DNA of 64,000 nucleotides from an uncultured cyanobacterium (GCA_963710605.1 CAVQBA010000006.1:864001-928000); one strand, 5' to 3'; counted from the first letter of the stretch, positions 20,313 to 31,346 are shown. Notes: generated by a model not told the origin, from the letters alone. Numbers and translations are program-made.

Positions 20313-20945
20313 TCATTGTGATAAAGTCGATCGATATATGTCTTTTTGAAGAGAATGTATCTGTTTGTTATTTATTCGATCGATAATATATTGTTTTGCC
20401 ATATATTTAGCCTCTAAAAACCATTGTTTTTCAGTTTCTTGTACCTCCCAAACTTCGGAGTATTCTTCTGCTAATTCATACGAATGAGCTACATGACACA
20501 TCAAATCGGTTAAACTATCGTAACGAATTGACCAATCTTCGCATTCATGATCTAACATTCTCATAGGATGATAATTGCTATCTTCGCAAACAACAGTTAA
20601 AAAAACGCCATTCTCCGCCCAGTTTTCAAAAATGGGAAAGCTATTCTCAAACCAGTATATTTCTTCCATTTCATTGTAATGTATGTCTCTCAACTATTCG
20701 TCGTAGGCGGCAAGAGCAAATTCAAATGACAAAAAATCATAATTATTAAAAATAAATTTATTTACATATCCGTTGTGCCATTCATAAAGTTCGTACACTT
20801 CATTTGGTATCTCAAAAGGTAATTGTTTGATTTGTTCTTTAATTAAATCTCGGTTAATTCCTGGTGCTAAATTATTAGCCTGTATTGAAATATTTAAGGA
20901 TAAGAATGTGTCTATTTTTTCTAAGGCTTCAGTTAGTTTTGACAT
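20313..20945 (-). pseudogene. SMI1/KNR4 (SUKH) family immunity protein split by in-frame TAG
   Basis: MSKLTEALEKI..LAPG..LPFEIPNEVYELYEWHNG; TAG at 20694-20696; the same frame continues for 126 codons (FPIF...RYDSLTDLM..VAHSYE). Confidence 0.85.
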
Positions 20946-21462
20946 TTTAATTTATTTTTAATTTGTATTATGTTAAGTCGCCCCAATTAATTAAAAGTCA
21001 GAAAGATTAAGCTTGTAGTGAGGGCTTAAGCCCTTATCCTAACAGCTTTTTATACCCCTAAAGGGGTAACGACAAACTTTTTTTTAGGTAAAGCTACTTA
21101 GTCGCTAATCGATCGTAATTAATAAGTAAGGGCTTATGAGAGTTGTTACAATTAATTGATAAGGAGAATTCAACCCGTCACCCCCGAGCAATTGATCGAG
21201 GAAATACTTTCGTGACATATGTCTTATTACGTTCAAGTGCGTTTGTTCGAGAAGCTAAGAAAATTGCGATCGTACTTGTAAAAACTAAACAACCAACTGG
21301 ATCAGGATTACTAATTTTTAATGTTCGAGGGCTTTGAAACTGATAGTTTATAAATCTCAGCTTATGATATATAGCTTTTTGATAACTAAAACTTATGCAA
21401 TATTAAATAAACTTATATTTAATCACCCTTGTCATAAGTAAAAAATATCACTATACTAGTAA

Positions 21463-21786
21463 GTGTTAAGCAAAACTAATCAATTAATCAGTAAGATGAT
21501 GTTAAATTACAATCTATCAAATTTAGTAAAATCGCCTTTAAATACTATCAAAACAAGACTAATAAATTTAGAAATTAGTACGAAAGAAACCGCAGAAAAA
21601 ATAGTTAATTTAATTCCTAATACTTGTCCATTTGCTAAAGATATCACAATTTTTGGTCTTCTAATCTTCACTATTCCCCCACTATGTAAACTCAATCCTT
21701 TCTACGACGATTTAATGATGTTACGTTTTCGTGCTTTATCTTTTCTTTGTGAAATAGGAGAAGATATTAGCCATTATTGTCAATAA
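21463..21786 (+). CDS. Mo-dependent nitrogenase C-terminal domain family protein
   Basis: IPNTCPFAKDI...IPPLCKLNPFYDDLMMLRFRALSFL. The true start may be the ATG at 21496. Confidence 0.88.
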   Translation: MLSKTNQLISKMMLNYNLSNLVKSPLNTIKTRLINLEISTKETAEKIVNLIPNTCPFAKDITIFGLLIFTIPPLCKLNPFYDDLMMLRFRALSFLCEIGEDISHYCQ

Positions 21787-22005
21787 AATTGCTTTTTTAC
21801 TTTTAAAATATGTCTGACTAATACCAATTGAGTTATAAGTATATGTTATTAATTATTCGAGATGATTTGAATACGATCGCTAAATGAATTTATGGTTACA
21901 TAGTACTGTGTCAGAAACGTTTGAACTCCTCAAGGTTGGATTTCTCTACGATACATTATAAGAGAGAAACCTAATAACCAACCCCGATCGAGTATCAACT
22001 AATTA

Positions 22006-22854
22006 TCAGCCTAATTCAAAAGTAGTAACACCAAAAATTTGGTTAACAGGCAAATCAGGAATTTCTTGGTTATACATTCTAGCGGTTTCAAATACCATCT
22101 TTAAACCATATTTAGCTACCAAAGTTTTTGCATCAGGATTAACTTCAGGTATATCTAAATAAATCGGTTGTTTTGGTTTGACTGCGGAAATTAAACCAAT
22201 AAAAATGTCTTCTGCTACAGTTAAATTATCCGCAAATAAGGGTCCTATTTTATACCCTGTCTGACAAACTCGAATCATACCGTAACCAAGAAGCCGATCG
22301 TTTTTAACTATACCTAATACTTTGTTTTCAGGTTGAATTAGCCAAGATTTCAAAAAAGCACTTCTATCGTCAGGGAAAAAAAGATAATCGTATTGATTAA
22401 TCGTTTCTGGGGAAAAAGAAGCTAAATCAATCACATTAGGATTAACAGGTAGTTGTTGAGAGATACCTTCATAACGAATATTACTATAAGCTAATTTAAA
22501 ACCCGATTTCTGATAATTATTTTGTTGGGCAACTACACCATCAAGCCCAACATTTCTTCCCGACAGATGTTTTAAGGCTTCATTCCAAATTTGGATACCG
22601 TAACCTTGCCCCCGATAACCTTCTTTGACAATATAAAAACCAATAAAACCGAAACTATCACCATATCTTACCGCAGAAATAGTAGCGATCGGTTTATTAT
22701 TAAGTAAGCCTATCAAAAACCCTTCTTTGTCTGCTTGATAAAAACATTGAGCATCATATAAACCTGGATTCCAACCTTCACGACTTGCCCAGTCAACCGC
22801 AATATCTATTTCAGCACGAGACATTACCCTAATTTGATAATTATTAGTATTCAT
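22006..22854 (-). CDS. GNAT family N-acetyltransferase (YitH-like, two domains)
   Basis: WASREGWNPG, GFYIV..YRGQGYG, YQKSGF, KIGPLFAD, FETARMY. Confidence 0.9.
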   Translation of the reverse strand: MNTNNYQIRVMSRAEIDIAVDWASREGWNPGLYDAQCFYQADKEGFLIGLLNNKPIATISAVRYGDSFGFIGFYIVKEGYRGQGYGIQIWNEALKHLSGRNVGLDGVVAQQNNYQKSGFKLAYSNIRYEGISQQLPVNPNVIDLASFSPETINQYDYLFFPDDRSAFLKSWLIQPENKVLGIVKNDRLLGYGMIRVCQTGYKIGPLFADNLTVAEDIFIGLISAVKPKQPIYLDIPEVNPDAKTLVAKYGLKMVFETARMYNQEIPDLPVNQIFGVTTFELG

Positions 22855-23089
22855 TGGCGTTAGTGATGAAGGTTATCTTGTTATCTTAATTCTACGATCG
22901 AATTTTAATTGACTATATTTATAAATTTAAAAGAATACTCGTTTCTTTAATTTGACATATTTATAGCTTCTGCTACTTTCGAGATACGATGAAATCCCGC
23001 CGAACTATACTGATAGCTACAACCCTTTGAACTTGTTAGTTCTTTTACACCTATTTTTTAGCTAATTGTTTTTGATCATCCCGATCGCA

Positions 23090-23348
23090 ACTTTAGCCTA
23101 AATTACAAGAATTTTATTGATTGTTCCAAATTGAGGATTTCCTGATTCGCAAAGAGTTGTTTTAAACTTTCTCTTTCTAAATCAGTATTTTTAGCAACTT
23201 GATTAAATCCACCATTCGCTTTGACTACTTCTTTGAAAGCAACGTTTTAGACGTAGGTAATCCATCTTTAAAGCTCCTCAAATACCGTTCTAAATCTTGG
23301 TCTTGTAAATTGGTTTTAAGAAGTTTTGATATGTCGTTTTGATTTCAT
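23090..23348 (-). pseudogene. Decayed addiction-module antidote (HTH) gene
   Basis: Frameshifted fragments AFKEVVKANGGFNQVAKNTDLERESL and SGNPQFGTINKIL. Confidence 0.7.
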
Positions 23349-23349
23349 T

Positions 23350-23600
23350 TTATTTTCCTCCCAAAGATTAATTATTTTTTGAGGTTTAAAGCTTGATTCC
23401 CTGGGATACTTTTCTATCTCTTCGTAAAAAACCTTAACAATTACAGTTCTAATTGACAAAATAGATTCTTATCCACTACTTTAATAAATTGCTTAATTCT
23501 GATACACCTTTACCGACTGGTTTGCAATCTCCAAAAGTCACCAGTCTATTTTTAACGATCGATTCGTAGCGGCGATAAAGTCTTGGATAATTTTTATTGT
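23350..23600 (-). pseudogene. Decayed addiction-module killer (RelE/HigB-like) gene
   Basis: Fragments TFGDCKPVGKGVSEL and IRIYFV; boundaries approximate. Confidence 0.7.
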
Positions 23601-23921
23601 CTTTGATACCGAAACTACCATCATCAAAAGTTGACAATAACCTTGACCAAAGTTTGAAGAGCGGTTTGTGGACCTATTAATTTCGTTTGGTTTCATTATT
23701 TAATTGAATCCCAAAGATACAGTCAACCAAATATTAATACAATAATTTTAAATTGAAGCAGAAGATAAACTACTTTTGTTTAATAACATTTAATTAATTA
23801 GATTTATCAACGAATTTTTATGTTATCATCGTCGTGATGACTACTGTAAAATAACTATTATTGTTACTAAATCAAGTAGATAAATAACCTTTATCGTTGT
23901 CTTTTACACCTAGCTCGCTCG

Positions 23922-24929
23922 TTAAAGTTTAATATTATTTAATTGAGAGCGAGGATTTTCTTTACTTATTTGCTGTATTTTTTCGTAATATTCCTTCTCT
24001 AGCTTAGTGACATTTTTAGGAGTTGCGATCGTGATTCTAGCAAAAAGATCGCCATTTTGTCCTTTTGGGCTACTCCAGCCTTTGCCTTTAAGTCGTAAAG
24101 ATTGTCCGTGACGAATACCTGCGGGTATCTTCATCGAGACATTACCTTCAGGAGTTGGAATATCTACTTCTCCACCTAAAACTGCTTCTGTTGGAGTTAT
24201 TGGCACTTCACAAACTAATTTATCATCTTCCCATTGAAAAAACTGGTGTGGAGTTAATTGTACTTTTAAATATAAATCGCCTTTTTGTTGATTTAAAGGA
24301 TTTACATTACCTTTACCCTTGAGTCTTATTTTCGTCCCGTTTCTTGCTCCTGCGGGTATTCTGGTATCGATCGTTTCTGTACCCAATTTCAGCTTAGTTT
24401 CTACACCATGATAAGCTTGAGAATAAGTTAGATTAATACTTTTTTCTAGATCGTAGTCTTTGTTATTAATTGTTTGACGGTTATTAAAATTGTTATAACC
24501 AGTACTATTATTGGTTGTTGTACGTGTATTTGTTCTAGCACCACCGCCAAATGGACGACCGAGCAAATCACCAATAAATTCGTCAAAACTACCATATTCA
24601 CCGAAATTGAAATCGTTGACATTGACATTGGTATTAAAACCTGTCCGTTGTTGCCCCGCACCTGCACCTGCCCAAGGGTTGTTACCAGCTTTATCAGCTT
24701 GTTGCCAATACTTGCCAAATTGATCGTATTTTTGGCGTTTGTCTTTATCTCCCAAGACTTCATAAGCCTCGCTAATTTCTTTAAATTTTTCTTCTGCTAC
24801 TTTGTTATCTGGATTACGATCGGGATGATATTTTACTGCTAACTTACGAAAAGCTTTTTTGATTTCGTCTGGAGAAGCACTTTTTTGAACGCCTAATACT
24901 GAATAATAATCTTTAAAATCTGTTGCCAT
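23922..24929 (-). CDS. DnaJ-class (CbpA-like) chaperone
   Basis: J domain with HPD, G/F-rich linker, DnaJ C-terminal domain, no zinc finger. Confidence 0.93.
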   Translation of the reverse strand: MATDFKDYYSVLGVQKSASPDEIKKAFRKLAVKYHPDRNPDNKVAEEKFKEISEAYEVLGDKDKRQKYDQFGKYWQQADKAGNNPWAGAGAGQQRTGFNTNVNVNDFNFGEYGSFDEFIGDLLGRPFGGGARTNTRTTTNNSTGYNNFNNRQTINNKDYDLEKSINLTYSQAYHGVETKLKLGTETIDTRIPAGARNGTKIRLKGKGNVNPLNQQKGDLYLKVQLTPHQFFQWEDDKLVCEVPITPTEAVLGGEVDIPTPEGNVSMKIPAGIRHGQSLRLKGKGWSSPKGQNGDLFARITIATPKNVTKLEKEYYEKIQQISKENPRSQLNNIKL

Positions 24930-25154
24930 CTCCTTTGATTTCCTCCTTTGTATCTATATTTGTTGTTTGTTTAAAAGTGCAATCAATGTCATTGACTTAA
25001 TCTAACTGACAATCTTTGTCTTGTAACTAAGTACCGTTAGCAAAAGTGATTATTCCTCATTTTATTGTAACCTGATGTTATCGGGTTGTTGATTCAATTA
25101 GACTAACCAAAAAAATTTTCTTGTTTGTAACTCAATTATCAATATTTTATAATA

Positions 25155-25355
25155 TATAGCGTTTCCCAGACTTGTGAGGTACAGTTAATGATCAATAAGT
25201 CCCCTTAAATAAAAGCGAAGCATCCTTAAATTTCCCCCTTACGAAGGGGAGGGGCTGTCACCTGAATTAATTTCAGGTGCTTGTAAGCCCCGTGGCAAGG
25301 GGGATGGGGATTTAGGGGGATTTCTTTGTATTTCAGAATGGTGATAATTGCTATA
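25155..25355 (-). mobile_element. Second copy of the 17915-type MITE
   Basis: TATAGCGTTTCCCAGACTTGTGAGGTACA ... TGTATTTCAGAATGGTGATAATTGCTATA; internal C/G-run hairpin. Confidence 0.75.
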
Positions 25356-25498
25356 TATTGACAAAAATGAGAGAAAATGCACGACAACAATCAAATAGTA
25401 TTTAGAGTGAATAACAGATTATAAGTTTGTCAGACTATCAAATAGAAAAACATAACGATCGCAAAAATTAATAAAAACCTAAAAAAACTAAAAGATAT

Positions 25499-26269
25499 AT
25501 GATTTACTGGCGAGAAACTTTAGCCGTTACTCAAAGAATTTTACGAGAGTTATTTACTAGAAAAAGAAGCTTAATATTTTGGTCAATTTTTCCGATTTCA
25601 ATTCTTTTGATTAATAGTTATATTATCGCTGAAAGAGCAAAGATAACAGTAACTTTAGCGATGAAAATATCTGCTCCTTCTAGTTTGATGGGGGCGGCTT
25701 TATTTTTTAGTTGTTTAGGTGGTACTGTAGCGACTATCGTCAGAGAAAGAGAGCAGAAAACTTTAAAACGTTTATTTATCTCGCCGATGAGAGGAATTTC
25801 TTATTTTTTAGGTATTTTTTTAGCTCATAGTTTAATTGGTTTAGGACAAACTGTTTTAATTTATGGACTTTTATTTGCTGTTGGTAAATCTATCTCAGGA
25901 TCAATCGTTTTAGGTATTATTATTATTATTTTAAGTATTATTAGTTATGTCGGAGTTGGTTTTATTTTAGGTACTCAATTAGCCAAAAGAACAGAAGATG
26001 TAAATACAGTTGTTGCCACGATCGGTGTTCCTTTATTAATTGTTGGTGGTACTTTTTTTCCTAGTTCTTTATTTCCTGATAAATTATTAGAAATTGCTCA
26101 ATTTAATCCTATTTTTCACATGAATGAAGCCTTAATTGATTTATGGGGTAAGGGCAAAGATTGGCAAGATATTCAAGGTCATTTTTGGTTTTTATTGGTA
26201 TTTTCGATCGTCATGATACTATCAGGTTGGTGGTGTTATGAACACATGGTCAAATCTGAGAATAATTAA
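25499..26269 (+). CDS. ABC-2 type transporter permease
   Basis: About 6 TM segments; VREREQKTLKRL..SP, GGTFFP, NPIFH. Confidence 0.88.
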   Translation: MIYWRETLAVTQRILRELFTRKRSLIFWSIFPISILLINSYIIAERAKITVTLAMKISAPSSLMGAALFFSCLGGTVATIVREREQKTLKRLFISPMRGISYFLGIFLAHSLIGLGQTVLIYGLLFAVGKSISGSIVLGIIIIILSIISYVGVGFILGTQLAKRTEDVNTVVATIGVPLLIVGGTFFPSSLFPDKLLEIAQFNPIFHMNEALIDLWGKGKDWQDIQGHFWFLLVFSIVMILSGWWCYEHMVKSENN

Positions 26270-26351
26270 CAACGTGAATTTCTCTTTCTACTTTTATCTA
26301 CTTTAATTATCAATTGTCAATTGTCAATTATCAATTATCAATTATTTATTA

Positions 26352-26921
26352 TTACTTATTCTTCGCTGTCCAGACTCCACCAATAAAACCAAATAAGTGA
26401 GCTAACCAAGAAACATGAGGAGTAGAAGGCAAGACACCCCAAATCATACCGCCATAGAGGAAGAATACGAGTAAAGAAAGAGCGATCGAAGCAGTATTAC
26501 GTTGGAAATAGCCTCTGAGCATCAAAAAGCCTAAATAGCCGAAGACAACACCACTCGCACCCACAGTAATTGAATTAGCTTGACCAAATAACCAGACACC
26601 TACTCCACTAAACAAAATCGAGTATAAAGAAACGACGAAAAAATCACGGGTATTTTGTAACATCACAAACCAACCCAAGATAATGAAAGGAAAAGTATTG
26701 GCTAACAAATGAGCAAAATCAGCGTGAAGAAAGGGAGAAAGAATAATTCCTCTCATGCCAATTATATTTCTAGGTACAATACCAAAGTAGTCTAAACTAT
26801 CGCCAAAATACGATTGACTGACGATTTCGATCGCCCATAACGCTACCACACAAACACCAATAATACTAAACTGTTCTTTTAATTCTTTACTTAAAGCCTT
26901 GACTTTATCTTCAGTAGTCAT
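26352..26921 (-). CDS. Rhomboid family intramembrane serine protease
   Basis: HADFAHLLAN, GASG, SWLAHLFG. Confidence 0.93.
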   Translation of the reverse strand: MTTEDKVKALSKELKEQFSIIGVCVVALWAIEIVSQSYFGDSLDYFGIVPRNIIGMRGIILSPFLHADFAHLLANTFPFIILGWFVMLQNTRDFFVVSLYSILFSGVGVWLFGQANSITVGASGVVFGYLGFLMLRGYFQRNTASIALSLLVFFLYGGMIWGVLPSTPHVSWLAHLFGFIGGVWTAKNK

Positions 26922-27397
26922 AATTTTGTTGATGATTTAACTATCTTCTCCATTTTATACCTTCGGAAAAGAACATCACCATAATAAACCGTTTCCATTG
27001 TCACAACTTCAAAACCACAACGGCTAAAAACAGGCTCAGAAAAAAAACTTGCTTCTGTATAAAATTTTGTAATACCAGCTTCAATACCGATGTTTAAGAC
27101 ATGATTTAAAAGTTTTGTACCATATCCTTGACGAGTATAATCTGGATGTAAATAAAGAGAGACTATATGCCCATCTTCAGTTGCTAAACCACAAAAACCA
27201 ATAATTGTTTCGTTTTGAATTAATAAATAAGTATCACAGCCAAAAATAAATTGCCAATATTTGTCTGGATTATCAGGCGTTAATGACCATGCTTTTACTT
27301 GTTCGGGAGTATATAAACTTGGTGCTAGTCTTTTTACACTATCACGATATATCTGTCTTAAACGGGGAAAATCTTTTTCTTCGGCAATACAAAACAC
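26918..27397 (-). CDS. GNAT family acetyltransferase (YafP-like)
   Basis: YTPEQVKAW, LYLHPDYTRQGYG, EAS..PVF..CGF. Confidence 0.88.
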   Translation of the reverse strand: MFCIAEEKDFPRLRQIYRDSVKRLAPSLYTPEQVKAWSLTPDNPDKYWQFIFGCDTYLLIQNETIIGFCGLATEDGHIVSLYLHPDYTRQGYGTKLLNHVLNIGIEAGITKFYTEASFFSEPVFSRCGFEVVTMETVYYGDVLFRRYKMEKIVKSSTKL

Positions 27398-27522
27398 AAC
27401 TTATTTATTATCGTTAATTATTTACTTTTCATTGTTAATGGTTAATAGTTAATTGTCAATTATGTTGAACAGTCTAAATTATTCAGAAAAAGAAGCTGAG
27501 CTAGTATGAGGAAAAATATATA

Positions 27523-27978
27523 ATGAGCGTCAATAAAGTAACTAAAATTATATTTATTATACTTAGTATTTATAGTGTTATTGCTATTATATTATATGGT
27601 TTATTTGTTTATATTGATTACAAAGTTTTAACGCCAGAATCAGTAAGTTTCCCAAATATCAATCAAGTTACGCACATAGAAGTTCAGGTATATCAAGAAT
27701 CTGAAATACCATCTAAACTTTATTTTTATTCGATTGAAGACAGGAAAAAAATAAAAGCAATATTATTATTTTTGAATAAACACGATAATAAATGGTCTTA
27801 TTACATTGCAACATCACCTATTTATCCTTATACTGCATCTTTTAAAAATGATGAAGAATATCTAATTTCTATTTTCCTTGGTCTCGAAAAATCTCTTGGA
27901 GTTTCTGGAGATATTGTAACAAGTATTTCATCACAACAAGAGCAAGAATTATTTCAATTATTAAATATTCCAGAATAG
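27523..27978 (+). CDS. Hypothetical protein with N-terminal TM helix
   Basis: 151-aa ORF, GAGG RBS, very AT-rich. Confidence 0.6.
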   Translation: MSVNKVTKIIFIILSIYSVIAIILYGLFVYIDYKVLTPESVSFPNINQVTHIEVQVYQESEIPSKLYFYSIEDRKKIKAILLFLNKHDNKWSYYIATSPIYPYTASFKNDEEYLISIFLGLEKSLGVSGDIVTSISSQQEQELFQLLNIPE

Positions 27979-28105
27979 CTTTGTATTCAGAAATACTATT
28001 ATAATTTTGTTCCTAATTAGTTAAATATTCCTTTTTTAAATCACTTTACTATACTTTAATTCTTCAGACAAAATTACAAATAATATAAAATTTTTTTGTT
28101 AATTA

Positions 28106-29809
28106 TCAATTACTTTCCGTTATTCCGTGACTTTTACCTAATACCCAATGACGACGGAAATAACGATATAAAGAAGATTCTTCTAAAGATAAATAAATTG
28201 GTCTGCCATGAGGGCAAGTATGAGGATTTTTAGTTATTTTCCATTGATTAATAATATCTTCCATTTGCGATCGAGTCAAAGTAGTTCCATTCCTGACAGC
28301 CGTACGACAAGCGAGCGAAGTTTGAGCGGCATCCAAATCACATCCCCAACTTAATTCTAGTATTGCATCGATCGTGTCTTCTCTCGTTAATAATATTTGC
28401 GGAATACTTCTAATTGCCCATAAGTCTTCACCGAAACTATCTATTTCTAAACCGATATTGACTAATTGTTCGATTTGTTTTGGTTTTAATTTTGGTAAAA
28501 TAATTGGTTGTTCTAATGGTACTATTTCCCATTGTTGTTTTAGTTGTTCATATAATACTCTTTCATGAGCAATATGTTGTTCGACTAACCAAATTCCTTG
28601 ACTATGTTCGGTGATGATGTAAGTATTTCTTGATTGACCAATTATCTTCAAATCGATAAAGCCAACTGTTTCTTCCTCAGAGTTATTATCAGTTTTTTGT
28701 GTATTGTAATTATTAGATGAAATGCCAGTATTATAACTAGCTTTTGGTTCAGCCACTTTAAAATACTTCTCTACTTTTTGATTAATAAACCCTGTATTTA
28801 TATTGTTATTAGTTAATCTAAAAATATCACTGATACCTTGTTTTATTGCATCTTGCCAAAAATCAGTTTTATCGATGTAAATTTCTGTTTTCGCAGGGTG
28901 ACGATTCCAATCAATATATTGAGGCGAAATTTGTAAATTGATGGTAGCGACGGGAAAACGATTGCGGTTAAGGCTACGGTGAAAACTACTATAAATAGCC
29001 GATTCTAACTCAGGGCATTTAACGATTCTGCCATTCACGCCTATTTTAACCCAGTCTGGTCGAGGACGAGAAAGACGATCGGGTAAACCGACGACTAATT
29101 TAAGTAAAGATGATTCGTCTTGTTGATCTAAATCAATTTTTTTGTCTAATGATTTAAGATCATTGTATTCGATCGTTTTCACTAATTGAGGTAAAATCTT
29201 TTGTGTTGAAGTGCTACCACTAATTTGTAAAATCGATCGTTGATTTACCCACAACTGCCAAGTAACGTGAGGATGACATAAAGCAAATTCACCGATGATG
29301 GTTTGTATTTGTTTTAACTGTTGCTTAAAAGGCGGATTAATTTGTCTTCTTAAAGGTAGATTCGCAAATAAATTAGATACAGAAATAATTGTGCCAGGAG
29401 CGATCGCTTTCGGGTAAAATTTAACTATCTCACAATCTTCGCAAATAATTTCCCAACCATCATTCTCTACTTCCCGACTACAAATACTAACGGTTGCTAA
29501 CTGAGCGATACTATTTAAAGCTTCTCCCCGAAAACCAAGAGTTTTAATTTTCATTAAATCAGCTTGACAATCTATCTTACTTGTACTGTGTGGTTCGATC
29601 GTTGCCGACAAATCATCGGGAGAAATACCTTTACCATTATCAGCGACTTGTAAACTCCACGATTCAGGATAGATGGAAATAACAATTCTCGTTGCATTAG
29701 CATCCAAACTATTTTCAATTAATTCTCTCACCACAGAAGTAATGGAATCGATGACTTCCCCAGCGGCAATTAGTTTAATTACATTTCGAGGTAATTTTTG
29801 AATAACCAT
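28106..29809 (-). CDS. mutL: DNA mismatch repair endonuclease MutL
   Basis: IAAGEVI, ELIENSLDA, TLGFRGEAL, EQHIAHER, ACR, TCPHGRP. Confidence 0.97.
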   Translation of the reverse strand: MVIQKLPRNVIKLIAAGEVIDSITSVVRELIENSLDANATRIVISIYPESWSLQVADNGKGISPDDLSATIEPHSTSKIDCQADLMKIKTLGFRGEALNSIAQLATVSICSREVENDGWEIICEDCEIVKFYPKAIAPGTIISVSNLFANLPLRRQINPPFKQQLKQIQTIIGEFALCHPHVTWQLWVNQRSILQISGSTSTQKILPQLVKTIEYNDLKSLDKKIDLDQQDESSLLKLVVGLPDRLSRPRPDWVKIGVNGRIVKCPELESAIYSSFHRSLNRNRFPVATINLQISPQYIDWNRHPAKTEIYIDKTDFWQDAIKQGISDIFRLTNNNINTGFINQKVEKYFKVAEPKASYNTGISSNNYNTQKTDNNSEEETVGFIDLKIIGQSRNTYIITEHSQGIWLVEQHIAHERVLYEQLKQQWEIVPLEQPIILPKLKPKQIEQLVNIGLEIDSFGEDLWAIRSIPQILLTREDTIDAILELSWGCDLDAAQTSLACRTAVRNGTTLTRSQMEDIINQWKITKNPHTCPHGRPIYLSLEESSLYRYFRRHWVLGKSHGITESN

Positions 29810-29849
29810 AGATGATAATTAATAATGAAAATAATTAATAATTAATAAT

Positions 29850-29892
29850 ACTTCGGCTTTCGCAGAAGTTGAGCGTTGTCGAAACTCAGTAT
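29850..29892. repeat. Nested short dispersed repeat (CTTCGGC...CTCAGTAT with inserted GTTGAGCGTTGTCGAAA)
   Basis: GC-richer insert within an AT-rich heptamer tract; resembles cyanobacterial short dispersed repeats. Confidence 0.45.
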
Positions 29893-29969
29893 AAATGAAT
29901 AGTTGATAATGAATAATGAAGATTTATTAGTACGTTGATATTGTAGCAAAAGAATCGATCGAGGCGAAT

Positions 29970-29997
29970 TATTGGTAATGAATTTTAATACAGTAGC
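29970..29997. repeat. 28-bp perfect direct repeat (second copy 31674-31701)
   Basis: TATTGGTAATGAATTTTAATACAGTAGC at both sites. Confidence 0.9.
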
Positions 29998-30195
29998 GAT
30001 TGAAAAAAGCCTTTTCTATTATCGAATAATTAAGGTACAAAACCCCGCCTTAACAATGAGTAATAAATATTAATTGCGGCGTTGTTCACTCTTACCACTC
30101 TTCATTGTTCATTGTTGAAAGGGTGCATAAACAGTAGAATAGTTGTCGGATTACAACAATTATGTATTATTTTAAACCTCGATCGTAACAAGATA

Positions 30196-30351
30196 TTAGC
30201 CGATATTACTAGCAATATCATAAGCTATTACTATGAGTGAAAAGGTTTGTCCTACTTCTGCTTTTACTTCATCACTAACGGTAATGGTGATAGTATGATT
30301 ACCAATATTGTTAATAGTAAGTGTCCAACGTAAACGACCATTAAACTCATA
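30196..30351 (-). pseudogene. Fragment of a putative Ig/cadherin-like domain from a giant surface/Rhs protein
   Basis: YEFNGRLRWTLTINNIGNHTITITVSDEVKAEVGQTFSLIVIA; no start codon. Confidence 0.65.
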
Positions 30352-30416
30352 ATATATTTAGTTATGTTTTGCTATAATTACTAAGATCAATAATCATAAA
30401 AATAGCTTGATTTTCA

Positions 30417-31346
30417 ATGAGTCAATTTCCTCATGATGACTTTGTTAAAGAATATTTACCTGAATTAATATCTGATTACGGAGTAGTTACTTCAGGAAAG
30501 AAAATAGCTTCTCAAACCAAAGAAATAGATGTGTTTTTTCAACCCCATAAACAAGTGTTAACTGAATCTAATAACTTAGGCTTACTGGGAAAATTGTTAG
30601 ATACAACCTGCTTGTTAGAAGTTTATCGAAATTCAGTTTATACTCATCAAATAATCGAATGTGTAGGGAAGTTAGCAGATGTACAAACTTCTATCTCCAG
30701 AGAAAATAAAAAGAGCAAAGATAAAAAGAAGAATGAAGAGCAGGTAAATTTATGGATTTTAACTCCGACTTTATCAAATAAAATATTGAACTCTTTTTCA
30801 GCAAAAAGAAAAGAGGATTGGGAGGAGGGAATTTATTTTTTACCATCTGCTTTATCGACAGGAATAATAGTTGTACATCAGTTACCAGTCAACTCTAAAA
30901 CTCTCTGGTTGAGAATGTTAGGAAAGGGTAAAGTACAGGAAAAAGCCATAGAGGAATTAAATGCACTACCAAAGGATAATCAATACAGAGACAGTGTTTT
31001 AGAGTTGGTCAGTAATTTATTTACAATGCTACAATTGAATCAAGAAAAAAGGGAAGAATTGACCAAAGAGGATCAAGAATTAATTATGAAACTGTCACCA
31101 ATTTATACTGCTAGATTAAATGAGGTAAAACAAGAAGGTATTCGACAAGGAGTCGAGCAAGGTATTCAACAAAATGTTATTCGCCTTTTAAAAAGAAAGC
31201 TAGGTGAGTTATCTCCTAATCTAGAAACAAGAGTAATGAGTTTACAAATCAATGTTTTAGAAGATTTAAGTCTTGCTTTATTAGATTTTAACTCGATCGA
31301 TGACCTCATTAATTGGTTAAATGAAAACAACAAAGAATTAAAATAA
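30417..31346 (+). CDS. Rpn-like / DUF4351 domain protein (PD-(D/E)XK-like)
   Basis: HDDFVKEYL, EIDVFF, TLWLRMLGKG, EG.RQG.EQG, RLLKRKLGEL...LEDLSLALLDFNSIDDLINWL. Confidence 0.85.
   Translation: MSQFPHDDFVKEYLPELISDYGVVTSGKKIASQTKEIDVFFQPHKQVLTESNNLGLLGKLLDTTCLLEVYRNSVYTHQIIECVGKLADVQTSISRENKKSKDKKKNEEQVNLWILTPTLSNKILNSFSAKRKEDWEEGIYFLPSALSTGIIVVHQLPVNSKTLWLRMLGKGKVQEKAIEELNALPKDNQYRDSVLELVSNLFTMLQLNQEKREELTKEDQELIMKLSPIYTARLNEVKQEGIRQGVEQGIQQNVIRLLKRKLGELSPNLETRVMSLQINVLEDLSLALLDFNSIDDLINWLNENNKELK

Noticed and set aside
21463-21786. Evidence of nitrogen fixation
   Set aside because: This domain family is named after a fusion context and is widespread in non-diazotrophs; no nif genes are present.
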